Shown piece after piece: positions 1 through 11,887 of a stretch of DNA of 64,000 nucleotides. Source of the stretch: Nemertoderma westbladi. Taxonomy: Eukaryota > Animalia > Xenacoelomorpha. The stretch spans positions 6,540-70,539 of the forward strand of contig JAUCBJ010001594.1 of the NCBI GenBank assembly GCA_032718475.1. The letters are read 5' to 3'. Position numbers and translations under genes: made by a program. Below the pieces are notes generated by a model. That model had not been told where the DNA came from and did not search any database. It saw only the letters and a list, made by a program, of their open reading frames with translations. Position 1 is the first letter of the stretch; each line of letters starts with the position of its first letter.

Positions 1-559
1 AATTATTAATGGCCATCTAATTCTAAATAAGGGTTTATGGTCAGGTTGTGGTATATCTCAGTATGTAGGTGGTGTTCCCTTCACGTATAGCCTACTTAAT
101 TGTTAATCTTTATTTGCAGTGCCCAGTAAAGAGATGCCAGTTATGGATCGCTAGCCGAGGACGTAGAATCAACTTTAATATTGGATTGGTGCAGAATTAT
201 TCGTTCTCTTGTGCTTTTAGTTAACATAATATATCAACTACTTCAATGGATGTTTAAATCAAAATCTCCATTCTTTCTATATGTATATCTATTTATAATT
301 TATATATCGATTTGATAAGGTATGTATGTATAGTATAACAATTGTTTTAATTACCGGTACTGTTTTCTTTTTATATATTTATATATATTATTTTATTCCG
401 TAAAATTTCAATTATTTTGTTGGTTATTTTTATAAAAATGTTTTTTGTACAAGTGGCACTTAACAATTTGCAGATATGAGTATTAGAATACTGTGTATGT
501 TAGTTTTTTTTGTTAAAAATATTTGAAAAAAAAGAATAACAAAATCAGTTTTAAATTTA

Positions 560-654
560 ATCAAATTTATTCGCAGATGAAAAAAATTCGATCGATTATT
601 ATCGACATTATTTTCGATCGATTATCGATTTTCGATCAATGTTGAACAACCCTA
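560..654 (-). mobile_element. possible end of a hAT-like MITE (one terminus only)
   Basis: Cluster of ATCGAT/TTCGATCGA repeats ending in ...TGTTGAACAACCCTA (TAGGGTTG on the - strand), resembling hAT MITE termini. The partner end was not found in the window. Confidence 0.25.
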
Positions 655-1036
655 CCATACTTAACTCCTGTTAGTATATTAACAACGATGTATGGTAGTA
701 TGAAGGATGAACGAAGATAAATTATGTAGCACAGTATAATAATGCAAGAGTACCGGTACATAATAACTTTGGATGAGTTCTTTCCTATGAAACTACCCCT
801 GAAACTTGAAATTGCCTTCGCTAAGTTACAACAGAAAATTCAAGGACGAAAGTTTCTGTTAAACCTAATGCTCTATCAATATCAATACGTATCAATACGT
901 ATTATATAATTACCGGATAAATTCCACCATTAAGTTAACTTTGCAGCAATATAGTTTTTTTTATAAGACCTTTCGTTTTTAATTTTTTATGTAACATCTC
1001 GCGTGTTACAACTTTAAAATAAAAAAAAAAGCAAAC

Positions 1037-1100
1037 AGTCGGCCGAAGCCGGAGGCGACCCGAAGGCTCCTCTTTCGATAGCTGCTACCCGAGGGTAGGG
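1037..1100 (-). mobile_element. 3' fragment of a SINE-like element
   Basis: GC-rich 64-bp island in AT-rich DNA. The - strand reads ...GGAGTAGCGCCCACCCCTACCCTCGGGTAGCAGCTATCGAAAGAGGAGCCTTCGGGTCGCC..., which from memory resembles the 3' part of invertebrate tRNA-derived SINEs. Not verified by search. Confidence 0.3.
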
Positions 1101-1198
1101 GTGGGCGCTACTCCTATCTCAAGACTTTAAAATAAAACTACATAATTCGTACTTGTTTCGTTAACGTGCTCTGGACCTCGTATCTGAATGCATCATGT

Positions 1199-4100
1199 CT
1201 ATGGGTGCATTCAGTGTAACCCTATGGGTGCAGTCAGTGTAACCCTATTGGTGCAGTCAGTGTAACCCTATTGGTGCAGTCAGTTTATCCCTATGGGTGC
1301 AGTCACTGTAACCCTATTGGTGCAGTCAGTGTAACCCTATGGGTGCATTCAGTGTAACCCTATGGCTGCAGTCAGTGTAACCCTATGGGTGCAGTCAATG
1401 TAACCCTATGGGTGCATTCAGTGTAACCCTATGGGTCCAGTCAGTGTAACCCTATGGGTGCAGTCAGTGTAACCCTATGGGTATATAGTCAGTGTAACCC
1501 TATGGGTGCAGTCAATGTAACCCTATGGGTGCAGTCAGTGTAACCCTATGGGTGCAGTCAGTGTAACCCTATTGGTGCAGTCAGTGTATCCCTATGGGTG
1601 CAGTCACTGTAACCCTATTGGTGCAGTCAGTGTAACCCTATGTGTGCAGTCAGTGTAACCCTATGGGTGCAGTCAGTGTAACCCTATGTGTGCAGTCACT
1701 GTAACCCTATTGGTGCAGTCAGTGTAACCCTATGGGTGCAGTCAGTGTATCCCTATGGATGCAGTCAGTGTAACCCTATGTGTGCAGTCATTGTACCCAT
1801 ATGGGTGCAGTCAGTGTATCCCTATGTGTGCAGTCATTGTACCCATATGGGTGCAGTCAGTGTAACCCTGTGGGTGCAGTCAGTGTAACCATATGTGTGC
1901 AGTCAGTGTATCCCTATGTGTGCAGTCAGTGTAACAATATGGGTGCAGTCAGTGTAACCCTATTGGTACAGTCAGTGAAACCCTATGGGTGCAGTCAGTG
2001 TAACCCTATGTGTGCAGTCATTGTACCCATATGGGTGCAGTCAGTGTATCCCTATGTGTGCAGTCAGTGTAACCATATGGGTGCAGTCAGTGTAACCCTG
2101 TGGGTGCAGTCAGCGTAACCCTATGTGTGCAGTCATTGTACCCATATGGGTGCAGTCAGTGTATCCCTATGTGTGCAGTCAGTGTAACCATATGGGTGCA
2201 GTCAGTGTAACCCTGTGGGTGCAGTCAGTGTAACCATATGGGTGCAGTCAGCGTAACCCTATGTGTGCAGTCATTGTACCCATATGGGTGCAGTCAGTGT
2301 ATCCCTATGTGTGCAGTCAGTGTAACCATATGTGTGCAGTCAGTGTAACCCTGTGGGTGCAGTCAGTGTAACCCTATGGGTGCAGTCAGCGTAACCCTAT
2401 GTGTGCAGTCATTGTACCCATATGGGTGCAGTCAGTGTATCCCTATGTACGTGCAGTCAGTGTAACCATATGGGTGCAGTCAGTGTAACCCTGTGGGTGC
2501 AGTCAGTGTAACCCTATGGGTGCAGTCAGCGTAACCCTATGGGTGCAGTCAGTGTAACCCTATGGGTGCAGTCAATGTAACCCTATGGGTGCAGTCAGTG
2601 TAACCCTATGGGTGCAGTCAGTGCAACCCTATGGGTGCAGTCAGTGTAACCCTATGGGTGCAGTCAGTGTAACCCTATGGGTGCAGTCAATGTAACCCTA
2701 TGGGTGCAGTCAGTGTAACCCTATGGGTGCAGTCAGTGTAACCCTATTGGTGCAGTCAGTGTAACCCTATTGGTGCAGTCAGTGTATCCCTATGGGTGCA
2801 GTCAGTGCAACCCTATTGGTGCAGTCAGTGCAACCCTATTGGTGCAGTCAGTGTAACCCTGTGGGTGCAGTCAGTGTATCCCTATGGGTGCAGTCAGTGT
2901 AACCCTATGAGTGCAGTCAGTGTTACACTGTGGGTGCAGTCAGTGTAACCATATGGGTGCAGTCAGTGTAACGCTAAGGGTGCAGTCAGTGTAACCCTAT
3001 GGGTGCAGTCAGTGTAACGGTAAGGGTGCAGTCAGTGTAACCCTATGGGTGCAGTCAGTGTAACCCTATGGGTGCAGTCAGTGTATCCCTATGTGTGCAG
3101 TCAGTGTAACCATATGGGTGCAGTCAGTGTAACCATATGGGTACAGTCAGTGTAACGCTAAGGGTGCAGTCAGTGTAACGCTAAGGGTGCAGTCAGTGTA
3201 ACCCTATGGGTGCAGTCAGTGTATCCCTATGTGTGCAGTCAGTCTAACCATATGGGTGCAGTCAGTGTAACCATATGGGTGCAGTCAGTGTAACGCTAAG
3301 GGTGCAGTCAGTGTAACCCTATGGGTGCAGTCAGTGTAACCCTATGGGTGCAGTCAGTGTAACCCTATGGGTGCAGTCAGTGTAACCCTATGGGTGCAGT
3401 CAGTGTATCCCTATGTGTGCAGTCAGTGTAACCATATGGGTGCAGTCAGTGTAACCATATGTGTGCAGTCAGTGTAACCCTATGGGTGCAGTCAGTGTAT
3501 CCCTATGGGTGCAGTCAGTGTAACCCTATGGGTGCAGTCAGTGTATCCCTATGTGTGCAGTCAGTGTAACCATATGGGTGCAGTCAGTGTAACCCTATGG
3601 GTGCAGTCAGTGTATCCCTATGGGTGCAGTCAGTGTATCCCTATGGATGCAGTCAGTGTAACCCTATTGGTGCAGTCAGTGTAATCCTATGGGTGCAGTC
3701 AGTGTATCCCTATGGATGCAGTCAGTGTAACCCTATTGGTGCAGTCAGTGTAACCCCATTGGTGCAGTCAGTGTAACCCTATGTGTGCAGTCAGTGTAAC
3801 CCTGTGGGTGCAGTCAGTGTAACCCTATGGGTGCAGTCAGTGTAACCCGATTGGTTCAGTCAGTGTAACCCTATGAGTGCAGTCAGTGTAACCCTATGTG
3901 TGCAGTCATTGTACCCATATGGGTGCAGTCAGTGTAACCCGATTGGTTCAGTCAGTGTAACCCTATGGGTGCAGTCAGTGTAACCCTGTGGCGCTATGGG
4001 TGCAGTCAGTGTAACCCTATGGGTACAGTCAGTGTTACACTATGAGTGCAGTCAGTGTAACCCTATGGGTGCAGTCAGTGTAACCCTATGGGTACAGTCA

Positions 4101-7100
4101 GTGTTACACTATGAGTGCAGTCAGTGTAACCCTATGGGTGCAGTCAGTGTAACCCCACGTGTGCAGTCAGTGTAACCCTATGGGTGCAGTCAGTGTATCC
4201 CTATGTGTGCAGTCAGTGTATCCCTATGTGTGCAGTGCAGTCAGTGTAACCATATGGGTGCAGTCAGTGTAACGCTAAGGGTGCAGTCAGTGTAACCCTA
4301 TGGGTGCAGTCAGTGTAACCCTATGTGTGCAGTCAGTGTAACGCTATGTGTGCAGTCATTGTACCCATATGGGTGCAGTCAGTGTATCCCTATGTGTGCA
4401 GTCAGTGTAACCATATGGGTGCAGTCAGTGTAACCCTATGGGTGCAGTCAGTGTAACGCTAAGGGTGCAGTCAGTGTAACCCAATTGGTTCAGTCAGTGT
4501 AACCCTATGGGTGCAGTCAGTGTAACGCTAAGGGTGCAGTCAGTGTAACCCTATTGGTGCAGTCAGTGTAACCATATGGGTGCAGTCAGTGTAACCCTAT
4601 GTGTGCAGTCAGTGTAACCATATGGGTGCAGTCAGTGTAACCCTATGTGTGCAGTCAGTGTAACCCTATTGGTGCAGTCAGTGTAACTGTATGGGTGAGG
4701 TCAGTGTAACCCTTTGAGTGCAGTCAGTGTAACCCTATGGGTGCAGTCAGTGTAACCCTATGGGTGCAGTCAGTGTAACCCTATTGGTGCAGTCAGTGTA
4801 TCCCTATGGGTGCAGTCACTGTAACCCTATTGGTGCAGTCAGTGTAACCCTATGTGTGCAGTCAGTGTAACCCTATGGGTGCAGTCAGTGTAACCCTATG
4901 TGTGCAGTCACTGTAACCCTATTGGTGCAGTCAGTGTAACCCTATGGGTGCAGTCAGTGTATCCCTATGGATGCAGTCAGTGTAACCCTATGTGTGCAGT
5001 CATTGTACCCATATGGGTGCAGTCAGTGTATCCCTATGTGTGCAGTCAGTGTAACCATATGGGTGCAGTCAGTGTAACCCTGTGGGTGCAGTCAGCGTAA
5101 CCCTATGTGTGCAGTCATTGTACCCATATGGGTGCAGTCAGTGTATCCCTATGTGTGCAGTCAGTGTAACCATATGGGTGCAGTCAGTGTAACCCTGTGG
5201 GTGCAGTCAGTGTAACCATATGGGTGCAGTCAGCGTAACCCTATGTGTGCAGTCATTGTACCCATATGGGTGCAGTCAGTGTATCCCTATGTGTGCAGTC
5301 AGTGTAACCATATGTGTGCAGTCAGTGTAACCCTGTGGGTGCAGTCAGTGTAACCCTATGGGTGCAGTCAGCGTAACCCTATGTGTGCAGTCATTGTACC
5401 CATATGGGTGCAGTCAGTGTATCCCTATGTGTGCAGTCAGTGTAACCATATGGGTGCAGTCAGTGTAACCCTGTGGGTGCAGTCAGTGTAACCCTATGGG
5501 TGCAGTCAGCGTAACCCTATGGGTGCAGTCAGTGTAACCCTATGGGTGCAGTCAATGTAACCCTATGGGTGCAGTCAGTGTAACCCTATGGGTGCAGTCA
5601 GTGTAACCCTATGGGTGCAGTCAGTGTAACCCTATGGGTGCAGTCAATGTAACCCTATGGGTGCAGTCAGTGTAACCCTATGGGTGCAGTCAGTGTAACC
5701 CTATTGGTGCAGTCAGTGTAACCCTATTGGTGCAGTCAGTGTATCCCTATGGGTGCAGTCAGTGCAACCCTATTGGTGCAGTCAGTGCAACCCTATTGGT
5801 GCAGTCAGTGTAACCCTGTGGGTGCAGTCAGTGTATCCCTATGGGTGCAGTCAGTGTAACCCTATGAGTGCAGTCAGTGTTACACTGTGGGTGCAGTCAG
5901 TGTAACCATATGGGTGCAGTCAGTGTAACGCTAAGGGTGCAGTCAGTGTAACCCTATGGGTGCAGTCAGTGTAACGGTAAGGGTGCAGTCAGTGTAACCC
6001 TATGGGTGCAGTCAGTGTAACGGTAAGGGTGCAGTCAGTGTAACCCTATGGGTGCAGTCAGTGTAACCCTATGGGTGCAGTCAGTGTATCAACGCTAAGG
6101 GTGCAGTCAGTGTAACGCTAAGGGTGCAGTCAGTGTAACCCTATGGGTGCAGTCAGTGTATCCCTATGTGTGCAGTCAGTGTAACCATATGGGTGCAGTC
6201 AGTGTAACCATATGGGTGCAGTCAGTGTAACGCTAAGGGTGCAGTCAGTGTAACCCTATGGGTGCAGTCAGTGTAACCCTATGGGTGCAGTCAGTGTAAC
6301 CCTATGGGTGCAGTCAGTGTAACCCTATGGGTGCAGTCAGTGTATCCCTATGTGTGCAGTCAGTGTAACCATATGGGTGCAGTCAGTGTAACCATATGTG
6401 TGCAGTCAGTGTAACCCTATGGGTGCAGTCAGTGTATCCCTATGGGTGCAGTCAGTGTAACCCTATGGGTGCAGTCAGTGTATCCCTATGTGTGCAGTCA
6501 GTGTATCCCTATGTGTGCAGTCAGTGTAACCATATGGGTGCAGTCAGTGTAACCATATGGGTGCAGTCAGTGTAACGCTAAGGGTGCAGTCAGTGTAACC
6601 CTATGGGTGCAGTCAGTGTAACGCTAAGGGTGCAGTCAGTGTAACCCTATGGGTGCAGTCAGTGTAACCCTATGGGTGCAGTCAGTGTATCCCTATGTGT
6701 GCAGTCAGTGTAACCATATGGGTGCAGTCAGTGTAACCCTATGGGTGCAGTCAGTGTATCCCTATGGGTGCAGTCAGTGTATCCCTATGGATGCAGTCAG
6801 TGTAACCCTATTGGTGCAGTCAGTGTAATCCTATGGGTGCAGTCAGTGTATCCCTATGAATGCAGTCAGTGTAACCCTATTGGTGCAGTCAGTGTAACCC
6901 CATTGGTGCAGTCAGTGTAACCCTATGTGTGCAGTCAGTGTAACCCTGTGGGTGCAGTCAGTGTAACCCTATGGGTGCAGTCAGTGTAACCCGATTAGTT
7001 CAGTCAGTGTAACCCTATGAGTGCAGTCAGTGTAACCCTATGTGTGCAGTCATTGTACCCATATGGGTGCAGTCAGTGTAACCCGATTGGTTCAGTCAGT

Positions 7101-8993
7101 GTAACCCTATGGGTGCAGTCAGTGTAACCCTGTGGCGCTGTGGGTGCAGTCAGTGTAACCCTATGGGTACAGTCAGTGTTACACTATGAGTGCAGTCAGT
7201 GTAACCCTATGGGTGCAGTCAGTGTAACCCTATGGGTACAGTCAGTGTTACACTATGAGTGCAGTCAGTGTAACCCTATGGGTGCAGTCAGTGTAACCCC
7301 ACGTGTGCAGTCAGTGTAACCCTATGGGTGCAGTCAGTGTATCCCTATGTGTGCAGTCAGTGTATCCCTATGTGTGCAGTGCAGTCAGTGTAACCATATG
7401 GGTGCAGTCAGTGTAACGCTAAGGGTGCAGTCAGTGTAACCCTATGGGTGCAGTCAGTGTAACCCTATGTGTGCAGTCAGTGTAACGCTATGTCTGCAGT
7501 CATTGTACCCATATGGGTGCAGTCAGTGTATCCCTATGTGTGCAGTCAGTGTAACCATATGGGTGCAGTCAGTGTAACCCTATGGGTGCAGTCAGTGTAA
7601 CGCTAAGGGTGCAGTCAGTGTAACCCAATTGGTTCAGTCAGTGTAACCCTATGGGTGCAGTCAGTGTAACGCTAAGGGTGCAGTCAGTGTAACCCTATTG
7701 GTGCAGTCAGTGTAACCATATGGGTGCAGTCAGTGTAACCCTATGTGTGCAGTCAGTGTAACCATATGGGTGCAGTCAGTGTAACCCTATGTGTGCAGTC
7801 AGTGTAACCCTATTGGTGCAGTCAGTGTAACCGTATGGGTGAGGTCAGTGTAACCCTTTGAGTGCAGTCAGTGTAACCATATGGTTGCAGTCAGTGTAAC
7901 CCTATGTGTGCAGTCAGTGTAACCATATGGGTGCAGTCAGTGTAACCCTATGTGTGCAGTCAGTGTAACCCTATTGGTGCAGTCAGTGTAACCGTATGGG
8001 TGAGGTCAGTGTAACCCTTTGCGTTCAGTCAGTGTAACCATATGGGTGCAGTCAGTGTAACCCTATGTGTGCAGTCAGTGTAACCATATGGGTGCAGTCA
8101 GTGTAACCCTATGGGTGCAGTCAGTGAAACCCTATGTGTGCAGTCAGTGTAACCATATGGGTGCAGTCAGTGTAACCCTATGGGTGCATTCAGTGTAACC
8201 CTATGGGTGCATTCAGTGTAACCCTACGTGTGCAGTCAGTGTAACCCTATGTTTGCAGTCAGTGTAAACTTATGTGTGCAGTCAGTGTAACCCAATTGGT
8301 TCAGTCAGTGTAACCCAATTGGTTCAGTCAGTGTAACCCGATTGGTTCAGTCAGTGTAACCCTATGGGTGCAGTCAGTGTAACCCTATGTGTTCAGTCAG
8401 TGTAACCCTATGGGTGCAGTCAGTGTAACCCTGTGGCGCTGTGGGTGCAGTCAGTGTAACCCTATGTGTGCAGTCAGTGTAACCCTATGTGTGTAATCAG
8501 TGTAACCCTATGTGTGCAGTCAGTGTAACCCTATGGGTGCAGTCAGTGTAACCCTATGTGTGCAGTCAGTGTAAACTTATGTGTGCAGTCAGTGTAACCC
8601 AATTGGTGCAGTCAGTGTAACCCGATTGGTTCAGTCAGTGTAACCCTATGGGTGCAGTCAGTGTATCCCTATGGATGCAGTCAGTGTAACCCTTTGGGTT
8701 CAGTCAGTGTAACCCTATGTGTTCAGTCAGTGTAAACTTATGTGTGCAGTCAGTGTACCCAATTGGTTCAGTCAGTGTAACCCGATTGGTTCAGTCATTG
8801 TAACCCTATGGGTGCAGTCAGTGTAACCCTATGTGTTCAGTCAGTGTAACCCTATGGGTGCAGTCAGTGTAACCCTGTGGCGCTGTGGGTGCAGTCAGTG
8901 TAACCCTATGTGTGCAGTCAGTGTAACCCTATGTATGTGTGTAATCAGTGTAACCCTATGTGTGCAGTCAGTGTAACCCTATTGGTGCAGTCG
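1199..8993. repeat. 23-bp satellite array (consensus CCCTATGGGTGCAGTCAGTGTAA), about 7.8 kb, with higher-order structure
   Basis: Continuous tandem units. Rare variant units recur at about 3.1-3.2 kb offset: GTGGCGCT at ~3989 and ~7133, TGAGGTCAG at ~4696 and ~7840, and near-identical spurious ORFs at 1688 and 4900. Confidence 0.97.
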
Positions 8994-9547
8994 GTGGGAG
9001 TCTTGAAAATTTATGCATGCGAATTTTCCTTAATATGGGAATTTTTGGAACCAGTGATTTTCATATTCACCCCACTTTTGCCCTTCATCATAGCAATGTT
9101 CATGCTTTTGTAAAATTATATGCATGTTGGCAATTTTTAAAGCATAACAGACTCCACTATAACGAATTTTAGTTTTTATGACAACTTTTGGAGTCACTAT
9201 ATCTTCCCAACGGTGCAGAGCGACTAGTGCAATGTACACTTATACTTATTTTAAACGCTTGTTTCTAACGAATTAAAGCGAACGAAAATTATGGCTCACC
9301 CAGCAAGGAGGAGGTGAGAGGGGAAACTATCTGTTTCAAATTTCATGAAATTTTATTAAGATTTCTCTACCCACCGTTATTACCGTTATGGAAAATGAAC
9401 CGGTTATAGTGCAAGTCTATTCTAACAATAAAGAATAAACTTTGATTTTATTTTATTTGAGGAGAGATAAGTGTGCGGGTTACAGTTTCGATTTTGTTCA
9501 TATTAGCGGTTTCCGGCTGTGGTTGTCGGCTGACGCGTAAACCCGAG

Positions 9548-9636
9548 GTATTCTATACGTTATATAGGTTATTCTTTACAGGTGCAACAATGTTTAATTT
9601 AATTTAATCAATGTGTTATTTTTATATATATTTCAG
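9548..9636 (+). other. putative 5'-UTR intron of CDC25 (a second one may span 9664 to ~9805)
   Basis: GAG|GTATTC donor-like site at 9548, AT-rich interior, TATATTTCAG| acceptor at 9636. Inferred from motifs only. Confidence 0.35.
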
Positions 9637-9827
9637 GAGCCACTTGGGTGAAAGAATTATCAGGTATCTAATTTCCACGGAAAATCATTATTCTAGAAAA
9701 CGGAATTCAATTCATTATTAAAACAATCGGAATTCAACAATCCCTTTATTATTATTAATTGGTCATATAATCTCTGTAATTCGACTTTTAATAAATTCTA
9801 TGTAGATCAGTTTTATTCGCTACCAAC

Positions 9828-11381
9828 ATGTTACCCAACCCCAATATCGTCGCCATTAAACGGAGTCCTCTGGGCGAATCAAACCGTAATTCTTTATCTC
9901 CTATGACGAGTCTCGCTATTAATCTCGACAACGTGCTCAACACTTCCGGTGACGTCACCACTGGTCCAGTCCCTGACACCCCCAGCCCGTTCCTCTGCAG
10001 TAAACTCCGAGGAAGCGGCCGCGGTTTATCCTTAACTCGACGTTTCTCCCTCGACGACTTTCCCTCGGATTCCGATTCTCCGTCGACCTTTAAGAGACCC
10101 CGGTGCCCGCTGGGGGGCGTCGGGACCCGTCTCCAGCGCTACCGCTCGGGCCCAGTTGGTTTCGCGTCGAACCGCCCGCCGCTGATCCGCTCCGGTGCGG
10201 TGGATCTCCCGGACGACTCGCCCTGCTTCGTCGCGGATTGCTCCGGGGATTGTCCCGACAAGGAGAACCGCAACCCGACCCGTCGCCCCGGGGAGCAAGC
10301 CCCCGCCGTTCGGACGACCAAACGATCGCCGCTCAAGTCGATCCCGCTGTTGCCGACCCGTTCGGCGCCTCCGGATCACGAAACTCCGACGAAATCCTCG
10401 GGTTTCGCCTCCGATGGATTCTCGGTAGACGATTTAACCGCGGACGGCGACTCTCCATCCCCAACCAACCCGAACGTTAAACAACTCTACGACGCCTTCG
10501 ATAAGAAACCCCTTACCGCTCCCGGAAAGGCGAGATTAAACTTTACGACTTTCGATAAAGATAACCAATCGGTTTCTCCCGAAGGGGTAGTTCCCATCCG
10601 GAATATCGACGTCGAAGTTGTCAGCTCGGGGGGCTCCTTCCTGCTGAAGAGACCCGCGGTGAAACCCAAATCGTTAATTCGATCTCCGGCGAATAAACGG
10701 AGTAAATACGAGGAGGATGACTCTCGGACCGGTCGTCTACAACCTCTGAAACTCCAGCGGTCCCAATCGGTGTGTCCGGAGGAGATCAACCGAATCCTCG
10801 ATCGGATCTCCAACACCGACGTTATCGGGGATGGGAGCGCGAGCCACGCGCTCCCGCTGGTGGTCGGGAGGCGTCCGGATTGCCGCTCCATCGAGGCGGC
10901 CACCCTGGTCGGCCTGCTCGACGGTCGGTTCGCCGACTCGGTTACTCGCTACCTCGTCATCGACAGCCGCTACCCGTTCGAGTACCGCGGCGGCCACATC
11001 CGGGGCGCGGTAAACTTCTACACCCACGAGGACCTCTCCGACGGGTTGTTCCGCTCGGCGCCCCCCCTCCTCGGGGCGGCTAACGAGTCGCAGCGATTGG
11101 TTCTCATCCTGCACTGCGAGTTCTCGTCGGAACGGGCCCCTCGCGGCTATAAGTACATCCGCGAGCAGGATCGACTGGTCAACTCCACGGTCTTTCCCCA
11201 TCTACACTACCCCGAGGTTTATTTACTCCAAGGGGGATATAAAGAGTTTTATTCCCGCTACCCTGAGTACTGCGAGCCCCGCGGATACGTACCAATGAAC
11301 CATTCGGAATATAAAGACGACCTCCGCAGGTTTAAATCGAAGGCCAAAAGTTGGCCACCTTACAGACCAAGTAGAAAGTAA
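9828..11381 (+). CDS. CDC25: M-phase inducer phosphatase CDC25 (string/twine-like), 517 aa, single coding exon
   Basis: C-terminal rhodanese-fold catalytic domain with IDSRYPFEYRGGHIRGAVN, catalytic HCEFSSER (CX5R) and YPEVYLLQGGYKEF...YCEPRGYVPM. The Ser/Pro-rich N-terminal region has a KEN box (DKENR), an LQRSQS Chk1/14-3-3-like site and many SP/TP sites. The C-terminus is basic (KSKAKSW). Confidence 0.96.
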   Translation: MLPNPNIVAIKRSPLGESNRNSLSPMTSLAINLDNVLNTSGDVTTGPVPDTPSPFLCSKLRGSGRGLSLTRRFSLDDFPSDSDSPSTFKRPRCPLGGVGTRLQRYRSGPVGFASNRPPLIRSGAVDLPDDSPCFVADCSGDCPDKENRNPTRRPGEQAPAVRTTKRSPLKSIPLLPTRSAPPDHETPTKSSGFASDGFSVDDLTADGDSPSPTNPNVKQLYDAFDKKPLTAPGKARLNFTTFDKDNQSVSPEGVVPIRNIDVEVVSSGGSFLLKRPAVKPKSLIRSPANKRSKYEEDDSRTGRLQPLKLQRSQSVCPEEINRILDRISNTDVIGDGSASHALPLVVGRRPDCRSIEAATLVGLLDGRFADSVTRYLVIDSRYPFEYRGGHIRGAVNFYTHEDLSDGLFRSAPPLLGAANESQRLVLILHCEFSSERAPRGYKYIREQDRLVNSTVFPHLHYPEVYLLQGGYKEFYSRYPEYCEPRGYVPMNHSEYKDDLRRFKSKAKSWPPYRPSRK

Positions 11382-11887
11382 TTATTGTTTTGTTATTTTG
11401 TGTTATTTATAATATTTATACATTAAATTTACGGTGGAAGTTCATAATATTTCATTTTGTGTTCTTTGCTATTTACTTGCTTTGCTACTAGTGTTGCTAT
11501 TTTAGGTTTAGGTTTTATTTCCCAGTCTTACATATTTTTCGTTTTGTTTACTTGTTTTTATTAATTCGCTTTTACTGGTGACTTGGCATACTTTTTGCTC
11601 CTATAGATTTGTTTTTCATATTGTTTTTCTAATTTTATTATTTAGTTTTGAGCCAAATATTATTAGTTTTTACTAGGTTGTATCGATCGTTTGCATTAGC
11701 TATTCCCATACAAACTACAATTCGTACAAAACCAGCCATATTCAATATCATAATGTACCACCCTGTTTGTTTGTTTGGTATAGTTATGAAATAATTTGTA
11801 TGTTTAATGTGTTTTAGCATGTAACTTATCTTTGCTAGCCTTGCCTAATATACCATTTTTCCTCAAACCTCTTGTGACAAATATTCT

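Noticed and set aside
1199-8993. CRISPR-like array or Cys-rich ORFs in the 23-bp repeat
   Set aside because: Units are contiguous with no unique spacers, there are no cas genes, and the context is eukaryotic. The ORFs are short read-throughs of the satellite.
9330-9540. CHR (TTCAAA), ETS (TTCCGG) and ACGCGT cell-cycle promoter motifs upstream of CDC25
   Set aside because: These 6-mers are expected by chance and the TSS is unknown.
10032-11201. Overlapping and antisense ORFs within CDC25
   Set aside because: Expected shadow ORFs of a GC-rich CDS, with no recognisable motifs.
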